Below the pieces are notes generated by a model. It was not told where the DNA came from. It did not search any database and saw nothing but the letters and a program-made list of their open reading frames with translations. The translations under genes were made by a program, and so were the position numbers. Shown in pieces: positions 60,377 through 64,000 of a stretch of 64,000 nt of DNA. Origin of the DNA: an uncultured Thermoplasmata archaeon (GTDB taxonomy: Archaea; Thermoplasmatota; Thermoplasmata; Halarchaeoplasmatales; Halarchaeoplasmataceae); the NCBI GenBank assembly GCA_964458595.1, contig CAYWJQ010000003.1:123116-187115 (forward strand). The letters are read 5' to 3'. Positions within the stretch are counted from its first letter, which is position 1. The number at the start of each line of letters is the position of its first letter.

Positions 60377-61879
60377 ATGAAGATATTTCAAATATCGGAT
60401 ACACATTTAGGAGATGAATCATATTTTGAAAAGGATGCCTTAGACAAGGCTTTGGAAGAGTTGAAAACAGGTGATTATGACTTACTTATCCATTCCGGCG
60501 ACGTGACACAGGACGGCAAATTGGAATACTATAAAGAAGCGCAGAGATTTTTTGAAAAGATCGAGATACCATATATCGTTATCCCGGGAAATCATGATAA
60601 AAGGAGCGGCGGAAAATCATTATTCGAAGATTATATCGGTTCTAGAAATGATGTTCAGGAGGTCGGTAACGCAGTTGTCGTTTATGTGGATAGTGCAGTT
60701 CCAGATACGGATATAGGACGGGTGGGCATGGTCAAGTTCGACATGATGAAGGAGGCTTTGAATGAATATAATAAAAAGGACATCAAGATAGTCGTTCTCC
60801 ACCATCATACTCTTCCAATACCGAAGGCTGGGAGGGAAAGGAACGTACTTTCCAATGCAGGAGATCTATTGGATCTATTTTTGAAAGCAGATGTGGACTT
60901 GGTTCTATCCGGGCATAGGCATTATCCCAATGTTTACAGGGTCGAGAATACAGTATTCGTGAACGCCGGGACGGTTTCTGGAAAAAAGACCAGACACGGC
61001 GACGTCAATTCTTATAATGTTATAGAGATAGAGAAAAACAGATTGAAGGTGAAGACGAAAAGGATAGGAAGATCCACTAGGTTGTATGAATATCCTAGGA
61101 AAGAAAAACGCATATTTCATGAATTTGGAGATAGAAAGACGAGGATCGTTCACCTATCCAACACCTCCATATCGTCATCTACGAATTTCAGATACACGCA
61201 TTTTCTGAATGCGGTCGACAAGATCAATTCTCTAGATCCGGATATAACGGTACATTGTGGGGGTGTGGTCGAAGAGGGGATAGAAAAAAATTACGAGATG
61301 GCGGGGCAAAACCTGTCCAAAATAGAAGGGCCCATAGTGTATACTCCGGCGGGGAGAGATATAAATTATCTGGGTTATGAACTGTTCCCTCATCATTTCG
61401 GTGAGATGGACCAATCCTACGAAGGCGATGATATATTTATACAAGGCGTTTCTTCATCACAATATGATTCGCCGATAGGAATAATAGGCGAGACCGAGAG
61501 GAAAAGATTGTTTCAAAAACTTGAAGACCGTGAAGAATCATTCAAAGGCGTATTCTTACACCACAACGTGATGCCCATACCCCATGCAAGGGAGAAGGGC
61601 CTGCTCGAGGACAGCGGAGATTTTTTGAGAGAACTGGTAGATGAAAAGATAGACTTGGTTTTGACCGGCACCTCTTCGCATCCATTCTCCGCGAAGATCG
61701 GCGATACGGTTGTGGTGAACGCGAATTCGATGAGCAGCGTCTATCAAAGGAGCGTGTACGGGAATTCGTTCAATCTTATAGACATATACGAGAAAGTGAT
61801 CGTAGTTTCGGAGATCAACAGTCTATGGGGTACTAGAAGAATAGTCGGGATGTGGGACAGGAACGATCTAGAAGTATAA
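60377..61879 (+). CDS. Tandem calcineurin-like metallophosphoesterase (Icc/CpdA-like; second domain degenerate)
   Basis: Domain 1: SDTH, SGDVT, PGNHD, LHHH, SGHRH. Domain 2: SNTS, CGGVV, PAGRD, LHHN, TGTSS. Confidence 0.88.
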   Translation: MKIFQISDTHLGDESYFEKDALDKALEELKTGDYDLLIHSGDVTQDGKLEYYKEAQRFFEKIEIPYIVIPGNHDKRSGGKSLFEDYIGSRNDVQEVGNAVVVYVDSAVPDTDIGRVGMVKFDMMKEALNEYNKKDIKIVVLHHHTLPIPKAGRERNVLSNAGDLLDLFLKADVDLVLSGHRHYPNVYRVENTVFVNAGTVSGKKTRHGDVNSYNVIEIEKNRLKVKTKRIGRSTRLYEYPRKEKRIFHEFGDRKTRIVHLSNTSISSSTNFRYTHFLNAVDKINSLDPDITVHCGGVVEEGIEKNYEMAGQNLSKIEGPIVYTPAGRDINYLGYELFPHHFGEMDQSYEGDDIFIQGVSSSQYDSPIGIIGETERKRLFQKLEDREESFKGVFLHHNVMPIPHAREKGLLEDSGDFLRELVDEKIDLVLTGTSSHPFSAKIGDTVVVNANSMSSVYQRSVYGNSFNLIDIYEKVIVVSEINSLWGTRRIVGMWDRNDLEV

Positions 61880-61982
61880 ACGATTGGTTCGGTTACTAGT
61901 GCGGAATTAATAATATTGTTTAAATCTCAGAAAAAAGTTAAATATTCTCTTTAACCTTTGTAAATAGGAGGAGTGGGAGAGC

Positions 61983-62993
61983 ATGAAGAAAGGGAAGTTT
62001 CTCGTATCGATATTCTTTGTATTGATTTTATTGTTTACCGCGTCAATATCTTTAGCTCACGTTCCTAAAACTGGAGATGAAAACGAAAGCTTAGAGACCG
62101 CTAAGCTGGTAGAAGATCCGACCAAATCCTGGGTGATATATTCGGAACTGCGTGAAGGAGCGGAAACGAATTACTACGAGATGGAGATGGAAAAGGGTGA
62201 GAGACTCAGACTCAGTTTATTGATCCCAAATGACGGGGGCTTCGTGCCGGATCTGATCGTTATGGGTCCCGGAATCGAGTCTAACGGGTCTTTACCTCAC
62301 GGTGTAGAAAAACCCGAAAACGTTGGACACAAAGTCATCGAGGGCGAACTGGGCGAAAAGGAGTATGAACCTTTCACTCCCGCCGCTTATCACTATCCGG
62401 CGGAATATGAAGAGGAGGTAGAGGAATCAGGAACATATTATGCTGTTGTTTATGGGGAACATGAGAGCGGTGAATACGGCCTCGCGGTGGGCAAAGAGGA
62501 GAGATACGGTCTCGTAGAATGGATCCGCGTTCCAATCGACGTGGCAAATATACACATATGGGAAGGTCAACCGATATGGCTGATCTTTGCTCCGATGATA
62601 TCGGTTTTAGGGGTAGGGTTTGCGGATACTTTCAGGAGAAGATATAGAAATGGTTGGGGGCCCGATGACATAAAAGAGTGGGGTCTTTTGACCGCCGGTT
62701 TACTCTACATCGGCAGCGGTGCCATGCTCTTCATGCAGATCGGGATCGCCGGTGTCGAATCGCCGAGCCCCGCGATCATAGTAAGTGTCTTCTTCGCATC
62801 TCTACCGACCCTTTTTGGTTTGTTGCTCTGGAGAAGATCATCTGATTTCAAAAATCCAGATAGAAAGAGTAGAGTGAAAATACTCATTTACGGGCTCGTT
62901 GGGTTTTTCGTCTGGGCCGGACTGATAATTGGTCCTATCATAACTATCGTATCTGCGCTTCTCCCCGAGTCTTCAAAGACTAAAGAGACTTGA
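61983..62993 (+). CDS. Hypothetical secreted/membrane protein
   Basis: Signal peptide ending ..SLA-HVP, extracellular beta-rich domain and 4 C-terminal TM helices. Confidence 0.75.
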   Translation: MKKGKFLVSIFFVLILLFTASISLAHVPKTGDENESLETAKLVEDPTKSWVIYSELREGAETNYYEMEMEKGERLRLSLLIPNDGGFVPDLIVMGPGIESNGSLPHGVEKPENVGHKVIEGELGEKEYEPFTPAAYHYPAEYEEEVEESGTYYAVVYGEHESGEYGLAVGKEERYGLVEWIRVPIDVANIHIWEGQPIWLIFAPMISVLGVGFADTFRRRYRNGWGPDDIKEWGLLTAGLLYIGSGAMLFMQIGIAGVESPSPAIIVSVFFASLPTLFGLLLWRRSSDFKNPDRKSRVKILIYGLVGFFVWAGLIIGPIITIVSALLPESSKTKET

Positions 62994-63438
62994 CGTAGAT
63001 CGAACAGGGATTTCCTTCGTCCCAGCCCGGATAAGGATCGATAGTTTCTAGATGTAAAAAGTCCATCTTTTCATAGAATTTTCTAGTTCGGGCATAGGGT
63101 TCATAATCGGCATCTTTAGAGAGCGTTTTCACTTCGAGTATCTGTATCCCTTTCTCACGTAGATAGTTCTCGGATTGAAGGACGAGTTCTTTTCCGAATC
63201 CCGAACCTCTTTTGTCTTTTTTGACTGCCAACCAAGAGATGTCTGCGCAGTCGTCGTTCTTGATATCTAATGAGATAAATCCTGCTGTTTCGTTTTCTTC
63301 TTCAACTACGAAAAATTCGTGGTTTTTCAGATCTTTTTTCATACTCTCTAAAGCGTCTTCAGTAAAATATTCATCTAGACCCTTAGCTATATCGACGCAG
63401 TCTTCGACATCTTTTTCTATTCCAGCTCTCATTTTCAT
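62980..63438 (-). CDS. GNAT family N-acetyltransferase
   Basis: WLAV...RGSGFGKEL and FYEKMDF motifs. Confidence 0.9.
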   Translation of the reverse strand: MKMRAGIEKDVEDCVDIAKGLDEYFTEDALESMKKDLKNHEFFVVEEENETAGFISLDIKNDDCADISWLAVKKDKRGSGFGKELVLQSENYLREKGIQILEVKTLSKDADYEPYARTRKFYEKMDFLHLETIDPYPGWDEGNPCSIYVKSL

Positions 63439-63511
63439 TGGATGGATGGCAACCCCACGTTATTATTAAAATTATCGGAAGTCTTTTTAACATTATATGT
63501 GATTATAAACT

Positions 63512-63773
63512 ATGAAGCTGAAAGATAAAGTTGTTGTCGTGACGGGCTCTAGTTCTGGAATAGGGAAGTCTACGGCAGAATTGTTCGCTGAGGAGGGGAG
63601 TAAAGTCGTCGTGACCTACAATAGAGGGGAGGAAAAAGGGAGAGAGGTGATGGAGTACTGTGAGGAAAAAAGCGGATCTATGCTCACTCGCTTAGATGTA
63701 ACCGATAGATCTTCTATCGAGAAATCTCTAGAGGAAATTAAAGAACGATTTGGAAACGTAGATATACTAATCA
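63512..63773 (+). pseudogene. SDR oxidoreductase, 5' part interrupted by an IS200/IS605 element
   Basis: VVTGSSSGIG, LDVTD and FGNVDILI, then homology breaks exactly where NNAG is expected. Confidence 0.88.
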
Positions 63774-63930
63774 GTGACTTCCTCACCTCCCTGACCAGCC
63801 GATCAGGAAGGTGCTTCTGACCAAAGCTAATGAGGTTGCATTCCGCTCGCCGACTTCATGAAGGAGTAGAACTCCGTCAGAGCGGTCAGGTCACTGCTTC
63901 CAGCTCCGGGACTAGCCACAAAGCCCCCTG
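63774..63930 (-). ncRNA. Putative TnpB omega/reRNA scaffold
   Basis: Nested stems CTGACC/GGTCAG, CCGCTC/GAGCGG and GGAG/CTCC; internal GTGAC (63890-63894) is complementary to the terminal GTCAC (pseudoknot). The 5' boundary is approximate. Confidence 0.65.
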
Positions 63931-64000
63931 CATCAGAAAGCGGCTTCAAAAGCTTTCCTAATGCCCGTCGTCCGATGTTATGTGCTCCGTTCTTGTCCGA
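63827..64000 (-). CDS. tnpB: TnpB C-terminus (partial; absent from the ORF track)
   Basis: ...SDKNGAHNIGRRALGK...MQPH* carries the RuvC-III D.N(A/G)A.NI motif. Confidence 0.82.
   Translation of the reverse strand, partial: SDKNGAHNIGRRALGKLLKPLSDAGGFVASPGAGSSDLTALTEFYSFMKSASGMQPH

Larger units (their letters stand above)
63774..64000 (-). mobile_element. IS200/IS605-family element, right end (partial)
   Basis: Minus strand ends GAAG + 13-bp hairpin (63784-63813) + AGGAAGTCAC; TnpB C-terminus lies upstream. Confidence 0.88.

Noticed and set aside
63774..63820. C-terminus of the 102-aa SDR ORF (SDFLTSLTSRSGRCF)
   Set aside because: This is read-through into the IS right end, not SDR sequence.

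Overview
Archaeal chromosomal window, most likely from a salt-adapted Thermoplasmata lineage (inferred from a stand-alone 23S rRNA gene, the gene content and very D/E-rich proteins). Most of it is housekeeping: PCNA (partial), a four-subunit 2-oxoacid:ferredoxin oxidoreductase, Ogg, a thiol/redox gene cluster, ValRS/TrpRS/MetRS, PolD DP2 with a 474-aa LAGLIDADG intein, FEN1, a KaiC/RAD55 pair, 23S rRNA with a perfect bulge-helix-bulge processing stem, tRNA-Gly(TCC), SepF, Mvk, HtpX, PriS, Pop5 and Nob1. Accessory DNA lies at about 0.7-7.1 kb (GLUG/PGF-CTERM surface gene and its debris, an IS5-like remnant, an intact IS481 with a 15-bp TSD, orphan ORFs) and at the right edge, where an IS200/IS605 TnpB element interrupts an SDR gene. 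Best leads: (1) two tandem structured elements downstream of tRNA-Gly that copy the tRNA 3' end and carry a 65-nt hairpin insert in a T-loop mimic; (2) a 2-phosphoglycerate kinase - CBS - tandem metallophosphoesterase operon (candidate cDPG/2,3-DPG turnover); (3) a 2168-aa AglB/STT3 with a long Ig-like stalk and a coupled CARDB-like partner; (4) a C at E. coli-equivalent position U2504 of 23S rRNA; (5) an apparent non-AUG start for polC; (6) a sensor kinase split at a slippery A7 tract. All calls come from reading motifs by eye; no database searches were run.
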